Source: Promethearchaeota archaeon
GTDB taxonomy: Archaea; Asgardarchaeota; Lokiarchaeia; Sigyniarchaeales; SOKP01
Assembly (NCBI GenBank): GCA_018238625.1
Contig: JABCSY010000011.1
Coordinates: 1 to 58,344 of the forward strand
Reading direction: 5' to 3'
Length of the DNA: 58,344 nt
Part shown: one piece after another, positions 19,380-30,456 of the stretch
Position numbering within the stretch: the first letter of the stretch is position 1
How the letters are laid out: each line of letters opens with the position of its first letter
Program-made: the position numbers and the translations under genes
Notes under the pieces: model-generated
What the model saw: only the letters and a program-made list of their open reading frames with translations
The model's database searches: none
What the model was told of the DNA's origin: nothing

Positions 19380-20969
19380 ATGGATGATATTGTAAAAATA
19401 GTAGAAAAGTTTATCGATCATATGAAAGATGAAATCTATGAATCGTATGAGAAATGCACTTCCTACATTAATGATCTCCTAATTTCAAAAAAAGTCAATA
19501 TAATGTTAAACATCAATACTGAAACGGAAGAGATTATTAGAAAAACTATATTATCGATGGTAAATGCTACAAATTCCGCATTGATTACTATAGGTGTTTC
19601 TACGGATAACCTTATGTCTGATAATGAGCTATTTCTAGAGATTTTTGAAGAAAATAGAAATAACTATTCTAATTATAATTCCTTTTTACAACTAGGTTTA
19701 AAAGATTACATTAACAGGTATTTATTTGTTATTTTCATCGAATATTTAACCGACTTTGATAATATTAAAATAGAAAACTTAGATCTTTTCGATTTATTAC
19801 CTCGTGATTTTCTTAATAAATTGGACCAGTTCAAAAATGAAATTCAGATCTCTGAAGATGCTAAAAAACACTTCAAAGTTTTCATTACCGAAATAGGGAG
19901 GTACTTCGATTCGTCAAATTTAACTTTTAAAATAACTAATTTCGAAATGAAAGAGTCTTTAGACGCGACATCGGAAGCAGATATATTGAAAATGCTACAA
20001 GAAGCCCGTAAGGATAACATAAACGCTTTAAAACAACCAATAAACCGAATTCAAGAACAAAAACAATCTTTTTTAGATTATTTTGTATCGTTTCCTAAAT
20101 TAAGTCAATCTATTGTTGGAAAAATTGAAATCGATATAAACCAATTAAGTGAGGTTTTAAAATCTTCTCAAGAGCTTTTAGATTTGGAAAATCTGTTTTA
20201 TGCCGTTAGTATATTTAAAATGCTAGGCGTAGAAAATCCTCTTAAAGCTAATGATATTATAAAAATTTTAAGTGAATTTGTTAGTGGAAGCGTTTTTAGT
20301 ACAGGAAAGTATCATATCCCAAACCCAGTCAGTGTTTTTTATGGATTGTCTATTCTTACCGAAATAAATTTATTAAATTCTGATGTAATTGATCTCTTAG
20401 ACATTGAGATGTTTCTTGAAAACGAACTAAACATATTCATGCCTGAAAAGTTGACTCTAAATTTCTATACTGTTTTAGGGTTAAGATTGTTAGAAAATAA
20501 CGGAGGGATTATAACTGACAAAAGTTATTTGATTGAACCGTTAGTTAACCTTGATCTATTCAATATAGAAGAGTTTAATCCATCTTCAGATATATTTTTC
20601 TATTTAGCACTATTGAGTTTATTAGATTCCAGAATAGATTTTAGTAATTTGAAGGACTTAACAGAGGAACTACATGCCAATTTGATTTTATATTTAGACG
20701 AATTAAAACAAAGAATGCTGCCTAACGGTTCCATTAATGGCAGTATTACTGAATCAGCTAGAGCATTATTAATTTTTAAAATGTTTAACTCAAATAATAA
20801 GGAGTTAAATACTATTTCCAATTTATTAAATTTCTTAAATCAAAATTTAATGGTATTAAAAAATACTCTCGATAATAATTATTTTAATTGGAAAACTAGT
20901 AAGTTAGCGCTTAAAATTGAGCTTCGTATGCTTTTTTGGGCAATGATGGCACTCTCGCAATATATTTAA
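19380..20969 (+). CDS. Hypothetical alpha-helical protein, C-terminal half possibly prenyltransferase-like alpha/alpha barrel
   Basis: Repeated FY.[VL]..L..L helices and LKQRMLPNGS..GSITESARAL. Confidence 0.55.
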   Translation: MDDIVKIVEKFIDHMKDEIYESYEKCTSYINDLLISKKVNIMLNINTETEEIIRKTILSMVNATNSALITIGVSTDNLMSDNELFLEIFEENRNNYSNYNSFLQLGLKDYINRYLFVIFIEYLTDFDNIKIENLDLFDLLPRDFLNKLDQFKNEIQISEDAKKHFKVFITEIGRYFDSSNLTFKITNFEMKESLDATSEADILKMLQEARKDNINALKQPINRIQEQKQSFLDYFVSFPKLSQSIVGKIEIDINQLSEVLKSSQELLDLENLFYAVSIFKMLGVENPLKANDIIKILSEFVSGSVFSTGKYHIPNPVSVFYGLSILTEINLLNSDVIDLLDIEMFLENELNIFMPEKLTLNFYTVLGLRLLENNGGIITDKSYLIEPLVNLDLFNIEEFNPSSDIFFYLALLSLLDSRIDFSNLKDLTEELHANLILYLDELKQRMLPNGSINGSITESARALLIFKMFNSNNKELNTISNLLNFLNQNLMVLKNTLDNNYFNWKTSKLALKIELRMLFWAMMALSQYI

Positions 20970-20995
20970 AAATCTAACATTTTAATAAGATTTCA

Positions 20996-21616
20996 CTACT
21001 CTAAATTAGATATTGTTAAAATAAAATTTCTAACTGAAGGAGATATTTTATTCTCTTCTACTCCATTATTCCATTCTTTAATTAGTACATTATTTCGGGT
21101 TAAATCTTGGATGACCTTTCGACCCATTTGTAGCCAGTTGTCATAATCAATAATTGGAGCGCTTTCCCCGATTCCTTGACAATATTTTAGTCCTTTTTCG
21201 GTGTAGAATATTTCTATCTCGCTTTTTTTTGGACTCTCTTTATCTATTAAGAGTTTGAATGTAAATGGAAATGTCCTACAAAAGTTAGGTCTGAAATCGT
21301 AAATTGAGCACCTCTTTTTTGTCTCATCGTAAAAGTAACATCGCCCATTTGATCTTTTTTTAAGCCCCACAAACGCTAAACCTCTTTCCGTTTCGATCGG
21401 TGGAATTACCATCCTACTAATTTCTTTTGTGGTAGGTTCTTTATCAAACACATAGAACCCTAAGATTTCAATTATTTCGTCTATATTTAAGTTCAAACCA
21501 TTTTTGATGCGAATAATATCTGAATAAGTAGTATTAACTAAAGTATCTAAATCAGTACAACATTTACCACAATGTACGCATTCAAATCTTAACCTTATAT
21601 CATTTGTATTATTCAT
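20996..21616 (-). CDS. YkgJ family (CxxCxxCC) cysteine-cluster protein
   Basis: FECVHCGKCC, RCYFYD..KRCSIYDFRPNFCRTFPF. Confidence 0.9.
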   Translation of the reverse strand: MNNTNDIRLRFECVHCGKCCTDLDTLVNTTYSDIIRIKNGLNLNIDEIIEILGFYVFDKEPTTKEISRMVIPPIETERGLAFVGLKKRSNGRCYFYDETKKRCSIYDFRPNFCRTFPFTFKLLIDKESPKKSEIEIFYTEKGLKYCQGIGESAPIIDYDNWLQMGRKVIQDLTRNNVLIKEWNNGVEENKISPSVRNFILTISNLE

Positions 21617-21656
21617 AATTAATTTAAGAAGAAATAAATAAAAAATAACTATTAAT

Positions 21657-24600
21657 TTATTTTGTTGAAGGTATAATAACTTGCTTCTTTATCAATGTTT
21701 CAATAGCATCTATTATCAAATCTTGATTTTTTTCGTGTACAACTTCAAATATAGTTTCCAAATAAAATTCCTTTTTACTCTTAGCAATTGAATAGATCAC
21801 ATTTAAAATACGGGTTTCCATCGAGTTTAAATCACCCTCTTTTCTTAGTTTAGCGATGAATTCTGCGTTGTTTATCTTAAATGGCTCTTTAAAGTATAAC
21901 TCTACGTATTTATTGATAATTGGGGGGAACAAGGATTCAAATTCATGGATCGCGCCATCCCAATTTTCAATCTGTTCTGAAAGCTCCAACATTGCTCCTA
22001 AAGACAAATTAGAAATCTGCATTTTCATTCGATCGGAAGCTCTTTCTGTAAGAATAAAAATAATACGTAAATCTTGGCGGTCACATATCAAACAATAAAA
22101 ATATTTAAAATCCAGTTCTAATATTGTTCGACTGCCATCTTCTTTATCAAGTTCGACTAAATCCCCACCTTTTTTTCCTACCATTTCTTCTCCAATCGTT
22201 ATTATAGCTTGAATAAAACCAGAAAAAAGTTCCTTTTTATGCTTTTCGAGAATTGAATAGCTTTTAGAATAGAGAGGAATTCCACTATCTCTATGAATCG
22301 CAATGATAGCTTGAATGTTTTGCAAATCTTTAAATCTTTGAGTTCTAGCTAATAACTCCGCTTCTCTTCTCCTTCTTCTTGGCAAGATCACGTACGATCT
22401 TAAGCTCAATATGCCTAAAGCACTAATTATCAGAGCTGAAATTAAAATAATAATCCAAATCAGAAAAATAGGGAATTGTGGCTCACCTATAACTAAGAGA
22501 AACGAAGATTGTGTTGTTTTATATACTGTTCCTTCTTTTGAAACGATGAGATTGAATATAAAATTGCCTTGTAAGTTTTCAGGCAAGCCTACTGTGAGCT
22601 GATACGTACCGGGGGTTATTTCTTCTAATTCTCCAACGCCATATTTCCACTCATATAAAACAGTCGCGTTTTCGATAGGTTGGTTAGTCTCAAGGTCTAA
22701 CAATTCTATTTGAAGTACTAAAGATCCTCCTATTTCTGCTTTTACGGTTGGATTTAATTCTTCATGCCCAACTATATCAATGTCAAATTCAATTCGATCT
22801 ATCAATATTTCAAAACCAAATGTTTGGGTTCTATAATTTGGATGTTCAAACTTCAAGTAAATAAAATTGATTCCTGATGGGAAATATTCTGGTAGACATT
22901 CGATCGATGAGTTATACCAATAATTTATGTATTCGGTTAAATCTTTTTCATAAGATTCGCTAATCCAAGTAAAATTTCCTCCCGAAATGTAATTTTTATC
23001 TATGATTGACATCGCTTTAGCAGAAATATTAATCGTATCAAAAAAAGTAACATCATGCAGAGAATTTTCTTGAATATTAACCGAATTAATATAAACTGAA
23101 AGATTTACTGATTGTTCTATAATTTGAAATTGGTATACATAATACTGCGGTTCATAACCAGTTGCCGAAAAACTAAAATTCAGCTGGTATATTCCGATAT
23201 TATTGATATATAACGTACTAAATTCGATATCATAAATCCCACTACCAAGATTTTCGATCGAATAATGTGAGGGATTACTTATACTAATGTTAATAATAGC
23301 TCCATCAATACCATCACCACTAAAATCTGTAAACTTAAATTTAATTGAGCTATTTGCGTGTAATTCTATATTGTATTCAGATTCGAGCCTTTGTAAGTTA
23401 GTCTCTTCTCCTAAGTTTATTTCTAGCGTAAGATTACTTTCAATAAATCCTAATTTAGATGAGCTTATTAAAATCTCGTACAATCCCCTTGATGATAGAT
23501 CAGCAGTATAAAGAATCGTCTCATAAACGCCAATAGCAGCCTCAGTAAAGTTGAGAGTGGATCCACTCGTCCAATTGTAGGAAACTATAGCATCTGAAAT
23601 TGATAAGTTATTTTCTGGATCGGTCAAAATAATCCTAACAGGAATGATATCTCCCACAAAGCCATCAGTTCTCAGATCGATTATCGCATCATTAGGTTTT
23701 AACAATTTAATTTGGCTCTGATGATTTACAATAAAACTCGATTTAAGGCCTCCTAGTGCGGTTCCATTGCCCCAGAATAATGTGTATTCAAATTGACCAC
23801 CTGTCGTATTTAACGCATCAAATGTAACTTCAGTAAAGAAGACACTTCCATTTGATAAGGGCGATTTAACTTCTGAGTACCATTGATGACCTTCGGGATC
23901 AAATATCGTTAAGTTTACTTCTGTTGACTCGATATTACTAGGAATTTTACTACTGTAATTTACTTGCGTTTTAATTCGTGTTGATTCGCCGGTATCAAAA
24001 CTTGTGTGCGTCCATTCACCTTGTTTTAACATCATTGTGTTTGCGATTTCAAGATAATTTGGAGAGGTTGCTTTAAATGTCCACCATCCTGGGAAAAGCG
24101 CATTTGATTTATTGATTTGCAAAATAGTATCACCCTCACTTCCGTATTCATAAGGACGGGATTGTAACGTTGGATCTAAAACAGATATAAAATTCCAGTT
24201 CTCAGGTTTATCAATTATGAATTCAAAATCTGAATATTGAGCCGGCATGTAGAGATTATGATAGAACTCCCATACTATTGTCCCATCTTCTAATATTTCA
24301 TAAGAGACTCCTTCATTAGTTGTTTGACTTATTTTTGATTTGGTTTCATGAAATCCATAAAGAATCGTATCGATTTCGAATGAAAGTGATGGTGAACTCG
24401 TATTTACGATAAGGACTACAGGATCAACGTCCCAAGTTCCCGAAATGTTTAACGCAGATTCACCCCATTGCTCTCCTTGATTTAGAGAGTGTCCGCTTAA
24501 AGTAAGATTTAAATCGCTTTGACTTGAATTTGCGAGAGTAATAAGAACTAAAGATATATTATCAAACCAAAAGACTTGTTGATGTAATTCATCAAACCCC

Positions 24601-25838
24601 GAGTATCCTATTGAAGCTCCGCTCATTATACCAATTGAGATGTTAAATTCTTGATTGTTTTGAATATCTTCAAATAGATTTGAAGTATTTGACCATAAGT
24701 CTAAATGAATTTCACCCGTACTTAACCAAGTTCGCCTTCCTGCATCTACAATATCACCTAATCCTTTTGAATAAATTCGTTTGTTATTTATCTCACAATA
24801 TAAAGAATTTTCGTTAGAATCCATTCCATATTCAGCGTAATAATTGAAACTAATATAACCATCAATAATTTGACCACGAGGAATAGTTATATTTTGATAG
24901 ATTTCTGAATATTCATTTTCATTATAAGATGCACCATAATATCCATCAGTAGTTCTGTAAGGCTCCCCGACTAAACTTACATACATTGCGGATTCATTAG
25001 CTATATTATTAGCGCCAAAATTATTAACTGATGTTCCATTATTAAATCCCCAATGATTAATGGAATCATAATAATCTATGCTGTTGTTAACATATTCATA
25101 GTAATCAATATCATATCCATACCATTGAACTGAACTATCTGAATCCATAGTAATTTTAATATGGGTGGTTTTAATCCAAGGACTGAAAAATGCATTTTTC
25201 ATTCCAGTATCAATGTATTGAAGCACATTGTCCTTATCGTAAAAACAGATAATATCCCAATCTGTTTCTATTTCAAATCTGCTAAAATGAACTCTTATTA
25301 ATGACGCGTTATCTTGAACGATTTCACTATGAATGTTTGAAGGAATACTTGGATCTAGATCGAGATCTTCAGTATAATTATGTCGCGGTGGAGAAGTATC
25401 TTGAATATTCGTTAAAGAAACATTTACTCTATAAGTATTAACTTCTGAATAATCTTTGTTTTTAACCCATTCTCTAGTATCTTGAATATTATTTATTTGC
25501 GTCTCAATTTTTGAAACTTTCCAATTGTGAACATCGTCAAGATAATAATTTAAATTAAGTTCTTCTTGATTGGTTAAAGAAACATCTTGGGCGTATTTAT
25601 ACGAATTACCATAATCAGTTATGTTTAAAGAGATTTCATTGCCCTCAAATAAAACTGAACCAGTATCTGCAAGTAACGGTATGGGGGAGATCTCATTAAA
25701 TTCTTTATCTATTTCTGTAATATTATTGGAATTTGAAATAAGGAAACTACTCGAAAGAAAAATTGCTAATATAATAATAAGATTTACTATTCTTAGAACT
25801 GAAGCTTTTTTTAAATGTGAATTGTTAGAAAGATTCAT
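21657..25838 (-). CDS. Large membrane protein: extracellular CUB-like/Ig-like domains, TM, cytoplasmic longin + winged helix
   Basis: N-terminal TM; IRVHFSRFEIETDWD (CUB-like); G.Y Ig repeats; TM then PRRRRR; IQAIIAIHRDSGIPLYSK...LFSGFIQAI (longin); DAIETLIKKQVI. Confidence 0.75.
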   Translation of the reverse strand: MNLSNNSHLKKASVLRIVNLIIILAIFLSSSFLISNSNNITEIDKEFNEISPIPLLADTGSVLFEGNEISLNITDYGNSYKYAQDVSLTNQEELNLNYYLDDVHNWKVSKIETQINNIQDTREWVKNKDYSEVNTYRVNVSLTNIQDTSPPRHNYTEDLDLDPSIPSNIHSEIVQDNASLIRVHFSRFEIETDWDIICFYDKDNVLQYIDTGMKNAFFSPWIKTTHIKITMDSDSSVQWYGYDIDYYEYVNNSIDYYDSINHWGFNNGTSVNNFGANNIANESAMYVSLVGEPYRTTDGYYGASYNENEYSEIYQNITIPRGQIIDGYISFNYYAEYGMDSNENSLYCEINNKRIYSKGLGDIVDAGRRTWLSTGEIHLDLWSNTSNLFEDIQNNQEFNISIGIMSGASIGYSGFDELHQQVFWFDNISLVLITLANSSQSDLNLTLSGHSLNQGEQWGESALNISGTWDVDPVVLIVNTSSPSLSFEIDTILYGFHETKSKISQTTNEGVSYEILEDGTIVWEFYHNLYMPAQYSDFEFIIDKPENWNFISVLDPTLQSRPYEYGSEGDTILQINKSNALFPGWWTFKATSPNYLEIANTMMLKQGEWTHTSFDTGESTRIKTQVNYSSKIPSNIESTEVNLTIFDPEGHQWYSEVKSPLSNGSVFFTEVTFDALNTTGGQFEYTLFWGNGTALGGLKSSFIVNHQSQIKLLKPNDAIIDLRTDGFVGDIIPVRIILTDPENNLSISDAIVSYNWTSGSTLNFTEAAIGVYETILYTADLSSRGLYEILISSSKLGFIESNLTLEINLGEETNLQRLESEYNIELHANSSIKFKFTDFSGDGIDGAIINISISNPSHYSIENLGSGIYDIEFSTLYINNIGIYQLNFSFSATGYEPQYYVYQFQIIEQSVNLSVYINSVNIQENSLHDVTFFDTINISAKAMSIIDKNYISGGNFTWISESYEKDLTEYINYWYNSSIECLPEYFPSGINFIYLKFEHPNYRTQTFGFEILIDRIEFDIDIVGHEELNPTVKAEIGGSLVLQIELLDLETNQPIENATVLYEWKYGVGELEEITPGTYQLTVGLPENLQGNFIFNLIVSKEGTVYKTTQSSFLLVIGEPQFPIFLIWIIILISALIISALGILSLRSYVILPRRRRREAELLARTQRFKDLQNIQAIIAIHRDSGIPLYSKSYSILEKHKKELFSGFIQAIITIGEEMVGKKGGDLVELDKEDGSRTILELDFKYFYCLICDRQDLRIIFILTERASDRMKMQISNLSLGAMLELSEQIENWDGAIHEFESLFPPIINKYVELYFKEPFKINNAEFIAKLRKEGDLNSMETRILNVIYSIAKSKKEFYLETIFEVVHEKNQDLIIDAIETLIKKQVIIPSTK

Positions 25839-25944
25839 AAAATCCCCTGTTGTTAATTAAAATGGTTATAAAATTTATAAAAATTAAAATTAATAAATTT
25901 AAGTTTTAAACTAGACAAAAGAAATATTCTACCATACCCTATAC

Positions 25945-26283
25945 TTAGTTAGGGATATCATCGATAAATTCTGATTGCAATATATTAATATAAGAGCGTC
26001 TGTCTCCGTTTATTAGCGAGTTTACTTTAATTCCCTTTTTATTATAGGTGTCTGGAGGCATTTGATCGATAAGAGAGAGAATAAGGATAATACTATTTTT
26101 TACAAATTCCTTTTTTCTCGTTCGTTTCAAAACTTTCATTAATTCAATGAACGATTTATCTTTCCAAATCTCTGCTGTTTCTCTGTTTTTGTTTTGATTT
26201 TGAAAGAAATCAATAATGTTTAGATAATAATCAAGTTCAGAGTTATCGCTATTATTTGATATGTTCATTGTTGATATGTTCAT
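25945..26283 (-). CDS. Hypothetical protein
   Basis: 112-aa ORF co-oriented with neighbours. Confidence 0.6.
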   Translation of the reverse strand: MNISTMNISNNSDNSELDYYLNIIDFFQNQNKNRETAEIWKDKSFIELMKVLKRTRKKEFVKNSIILILSLIDQMPPDTYNKKGIKVNSLINGDRRSYINILQSEFIDDIPN

Positions 26284-26524
26284 TATTGTTAACCGTATTC
26301 TTAATTATATAACCTTAGAATTTGTTTTTAAATTAGATGAGAATCTTAGTTTTTTGTTATTACATTTCGCACAATTTTTTTTGGGGAATGTTATATCTTG
26401 GAAATTAAATCCCACTGTGCTCAGTTTAAAAAAGCGTACTGGTACTTTATTTTCTTTTGTAATACTTAGATATCATTTTGTACGAAAGGATTTTGTAATG
26501 AAGAAAAAGTAAAGGTTTCTTACG

Positions 26525-27523
26525 TTATAAATTTTCCAATTCCGGAGGGACATAAGAATAAGTATCAAAGAATCGTTTTCTCACGTATTTAATGTCATAA
26601 GTTTGTGTTTGGGCCCCACTAGTCTCAACAACAAAAGAACCTACTATCGAGCCTAATCGACAAGAGTCTAAAAGAGTCATATCTAAAACTAATCCTGTTA
26701 GAATTCCAGCCCGGTAACCATCTCCGGCGCCTGTTGTATCGATTATTCTTTCAGGTTTAGCAATTGGAATTTCTACGCGGAAGATTTTATCCGAATCGCT
26801 TTTATAAATAAGTTCGGAACCTTCAGATCCTTTAGTTTTAATAATAGCTTTGACAAGCTTTAGAAGTTCGTTTTCTTCTAATTCTGTTTTAGCCATTACA
26901 TGATTAATTTCATAAGTATTTCCAATCAAAATTTCTGATTTTTTTAAAATATCTAATAAGATGTTCTTAGGAAATAGCGGTGTTATCTGTCCTGGGTCGA
27001 ATATCATTGGTATTTTTAATTCTTCTAGCTGGTCGGAAAAATTACTCATGGCTTCAATACCTTGGGTCGAGTTTATAGCATATACATATTGTTCAGGATT
27101 TTGAATTTTTTGTCGTAAATCGATATTTTTGCTCTCGTCTAAAGCGCCTCCGTGAAATATTATCATCTGATTAGCCTTAATATCGTTTACAATATAACAA
27201 GCCGCTGTAAAAAGCTTTTCGCGAACATCTACGTTAAGTTCAATGTTTTTAAACCTTGCTATATGGTTTTTATAGCCTAGGCTTTCAAAATCCTTCCCAA
27301 CTGAACCTAGTAATGAAACTTTAGTAATGTTAAGTAATCCAAGGTTAAAAGCAATATTACCTGCAGTACCGCCGTAATGTTGAATACGACTTTTAGCAGT
27401 AACCGTGCTCTGGTATTCTTCTTTTTCGTGATCAATAGAAACTGCGTTAACAAAATTCTCTTCAAAAGTCATAATGTAATCAAAAGCCAAAGAACCCAGA
27501 ACAATGATTTTATCTCGTTTCAT
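26525..27523 (-). CDS. PfkB family nucleoside/carbohydrate kinase
   Basis: GSLAFD, GGTAGNIA, FDPGQ, DTTGAGDGYRAG. Confidence 0.9.
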   Translation of the reverse strand: MKRDKIIVLGSLAFDYIMTFEENFVNAVSIDHEKEEYQSTVTAKSRIQHYGGTAGNIAFNLGLLNITKVSLLGSVGKDFESLGYKNHIARFKNIELNVDVREKLFTAACYIVNDIKANQMIIFHGGALDESKNIDLRQKIQNPEQYVYAINSTQGIEAMSNFSDQLEELKIPMIFDPGQITPLFPKNILLDILKKSEILIGNTYEINHVMAKTELEENELLKLVKAIIKTKGSEGSELIYKSDSDKIFRVEIPIAKPERIIDTTGAGDGYRAGILTGLVLDMTLLDSCRLGSIVGSFVVETSGAQTQTYDIKYVRKRFFDTYSYVPPELENL

Positions 27524-27661
27524 AAAGAAATAAACCTTTTAGTATAATTTAGCAAAACTATATTATTATAATCCTTAGCATGTATTAAAGATTTTATAAA
27601 TTAAAGAACCTATCAAATCAAAGAGTATTACTTTTAAAGAATTTACGATTCTAAGGGATGT

Positions 27662-28288
27662 ATGAAAGACCTAATAAAGTCAATCGAATCATTAAAAAAT
27701 AGCAATATATCAAACGTCGTAGATACTCGCATTAAGCAATTTATTTCTGTTAAAAAGAAAGGAATTCCTGAAATATTTAAAGAATTATGTTTTTGCATAA
27801 TGACAGCTAATTGTGGGGCAGCGAAATGTATCGAGGTAAACGATCGAATAGATAAAGGATTCTTGAATCTATCGGAAGAAGAATTGGTTAATAAATTTAA
27901 AGAATATGGTTATCGCTTTCCTAATATTAGAGCAAAGTATATTGTGGAAGCTCGAAACTATATCTTCGAGTTAGAAAGCATAATAAATTCTAATGTAGAT
28001 GAAATTAAATTAAGAGAATGGGTTGTAAAAAATATTAAAGGCTTAGGATACAAAGAAGCGAGTCATTTTTTGCGAAACATAGGTTATAAAAACTTGGCAA
28101 TAATTGACTTCCATATCGTCGATCTCTTAGTAAAATACAATTTAATAGAAAAACCTAAATCTATGACCAAAAGGAAATATTTAGAAATTGAGAATGTTCT
28201 CAAACAAATTGGAAAAGAATTATGTCTGGACATGGCCAAGTTGGATTTATACTTATGGTATAAAGAAACAGGAAAAGTGCTAAAATAA
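27662..28288 (+). CDS. ogg: 8-oxoguanine DNA glycosylase/AP lyase (archaeal Ogg)
   Basis: ELCFCIMTAN, YRFPN.RA, KGLGYKEASHFLRNIG, AIIDFH, LDLYLWY.ETGKVLK. Confidence 0.93.
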   Translation: MKDLIKSIESLKNSNISNVVDTRIKQFISVKKKGIPEIFKELCFCIMTANCGAAKCIEVNDRIDKGFLNLSEEELVNKFKEYGYRFPNIRAKYIVEARNYIFELESIINSNVDEIKLREWVVKNIKGLGYKEASHFLRNIGYKNLAIIDFHIVDLLVKYNLIEKPKSMTKRKYLEIENVLKQIGKELCLDMAKLDLYLWYKETGKVLK

Positions 28289-28296
28289 AAATCAAA

Positions 28297-28569
28297 TTAC
28301 TTTAATACACTATCTAAAGGTAAATCTAAATCTATTTCAGCGTTTTTTAATCGTTTCATAAACTCAATGGTTCCAAGCTCATTTATCATTAATTCTAGCA
28401 GATTCTGGTATAGCGCTTCCAAATTATCTTGTCCGACTTGGAAGTAAATGTTCTCATGAGATAGGTTAATCTTTAAAACTTCGTATAACCCTTGAATGCA
28501 TTCCTTAATATTTTCAAAATTAGTTATTGATTTTTTTGTTAATTCGAATACATCATCCATATTATCCAT
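28297..28569 (-). CDS. Hypothetical protein
   Basis: 90-aa helical ORF preceded by gaggt. Confidence 0.65.
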   Translation of the reverse strand: MDNMDDVFELTKKSITNFENIKECIQGLYEVLKINLSHENIYFQVGQDNLEALYQNLLELMINELGTIEFMKRLKNAEIDLDLPLDSVLK

Positions 28570-28807
28570 TTTTTATACTTACCTCTTAAATGAGATAAAA
28601 AAATTCATGCTTAAAAATTGCTGGATATTTAAAGAATTATGTGATCAAGCAACAAACCAACTAAAAATAGAAAATTTTTATTAAACGGTTTTTTTAAAAT
28701 AACCTTAAAACTCAAATATAAATAGATTTAATTTTTTTACTTATTTGACTTTTTGAATAAACATCAACTTTTATCTTTAATTAATCAACTCTAAACACTT
28801 AACACTT

Positions 28808-29857
28808 ATGAATGTGGAAAAAGGATTAATAAACGCAATTGTTTACACGGAGATACACGACGCTTTAGGACCAAATCCTATTTATTGGTCTCCTTCTAAT
28901 TTACCAGAAAACATTAGAATGCTAGTTGGAATTAAAACTGTCACGATCCTTACTGGCGATCAAGGCATTACACCCGAATCTCTCTTTATTATTCCCTTTC
29001 CGTCTTTAAGGTTAAAAGGATTAATAAGATATATTGAAAGGGAAGACGAAACCCGAAGAGGGGGGTATGCAAGGTCAGCTATTACCTTCTTGTTTAAAGA
29101 AGAGGACGATATTATATTCTATAAATATTTGGTTTATCTTAAATCTCCTTTCAACGAAGTAGCGAGAAAAATTATAGAATTAGAAAAGCAACATGTTGAT
29201 AGTGAGAGAATATTTGAAGAAATAAAATTATTAGGAGATAGCATTAGTAAGATACTCGAAGATTATAGAAGTAAAGAGATCTCTCCACATTCTATCGAAG
29301 AATTTCCGGAACATAGAGATAAAAAAATAGAGGAAGTTAAGTTTAAATTCAAATTAGTGGTTTTAGGAGACCCTGGCGTGGGAAAAACATCAACTATTTT
29401 ACGATTTTCCGATAACGCATTTCTTAGCACTTATATTCCAACCATGGGTGTCAATATCACTGAGAAAAGCTTTCGCGTTAAAGATATCGTCCTTGAAGTG
29501 ATATTATGGGATATAGCGGGACAATCTAAGTTCCAAATGATGAGAAAACACTTTTATCAGGGCTCAGAAGCTATTATACTCATTTTTGATTTGACTAATC
29601 CAATTTCTTTTAAAAGCATCAAGAAATGGTACAATGATGTAATAAAGAATATGGATAAGCAGCCCAAAATGATAGGTTATGTTTTTGGAAACAAAAGCGA
29701 TTTAGTGGAAGAAAGGAAAGTTCAGGAAAGCGAAGGACTCGCTTTAGCAAAGGAGCTAAACCTTGAATACATAGAAACTAGCGCTTTAACAGGAAGTAAC
29801 GTTGAATACGCTTTTTATAAAATAGCAGAAGCAGTAATTGAAATGAAACACATTTAG
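28808..29857 (+). CDS. uDENN/longin-like + Rab-like small GTPase fusion
   Basis: N-terminal EIHDALGPNP, IIPFP, DETRRGG; GDPGVGKT, YIPTMG, WDIAGQ, GNKSD, ETSA; no C-terminal Cys prenylation motif. Confidence 0.88.
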   Translation: MNVEKGLINAIVYTEIHDALGPNPIYWSPSNLPENIRMLVGIKTVTILTGDQGITPESLFIIPFPSLRLKGLIRYIEREDETRRGGYARSAITFLFKEEDDIIFYKYLVYLKSPFNEVARKIIELEKQHVDSERIFEEIKLLGDSISKILEDYRSKEISPHSIEEFPEHRDKKIEEVKFKFKLVVLGDPGVGKTSTILRFSDNAFLSTYIPTMGVNITEKSFRVKDIVLEVILWDIAGQSKFQMMRKHFYQGSEAIILIFDLTNPISFKSIKKWYNDVIKNMDKQPKMIGYVFGNKSDLVEERKVQESEGLALAKELNLEYIETSALTGSNVEYAFYKIAEAVIEMKHI

Positions 29858-29880
29858 ATAAAATATAAAGGTAATAAAAT

Positions 29881-30456
29881 ATGAATATTGAAGAAGCAAT
29901 TTATAAAAGAAGGACGATTCGTAGATTTAAACAAGAACCAATATCGATCGAAATCCTAAAAAAACTAATTGATTACGCTCGAGTTGCTCCAATGGCTCGA
30001 AACGTTCAAGGTCTCGAGTTTGTTATAATTGAAAATAGTGAAATGAGAGAAAAATTATTTGAATTAATTAAATTTGCCGGTTCTTTACCCGAAGACCAGC
30101 GAACTCCAGAATCAGGGAGGGAACCTACAGCCTACATAATAGTACTTGTTAATACGGAAATTAAACCCTCATTTTTTGATTTTGATGTTGGAGCCGCGGT
30201 GGAAAATATATTATTAGGCGCTGTCAAATACGGAATTGGGTGTTGTTGGATGGCTAACATCAAAGTAAGAAAAATAAAATCGCTATTACAAGTTCCAGAT
30301 CAATATCAAGTTAAACACGTAATCAGTTTAGGATACCCTGATGAGGAATCGTTTATGGAACCTTATGAAGATTCATATAAATATTGGAAAAATCCCGACG
30401 GTACTATGCATGTACCAAAAAGAGATTTGAATGATGTGATTTTCAAAATTTTTTAA
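29881..30456 (+). CDS. Nitroreductase family protein
   Basis: RRTIRRF, AP.ARNVQ, DVGAAVENILL.A...GIGCCW, ISLGYP. Confidence 0.92.
   Translation: MNIEEAIYKRRTIRRFKQEPISIEILKKLIDYARVAPMARNVQGLEFVIIENSEMREKLFELIKFAGSLPEDQRTPESGREPTAYIIVLVNTEIKPSFFDFDVGAAVENILLGAVKYGIGCCWMANIKVRKIKSLLQVPDQYQVKHVISLGYPDEESFMEPYEDSYKYWKNPDGTMHVPKRDLNDVIFKIF

Noticed and set aside
26261-26512. 83-aa plus-strand ORF
   Set aside because: Overlaps the start and promoter of the opposite gene; AT-rich, no motifs.
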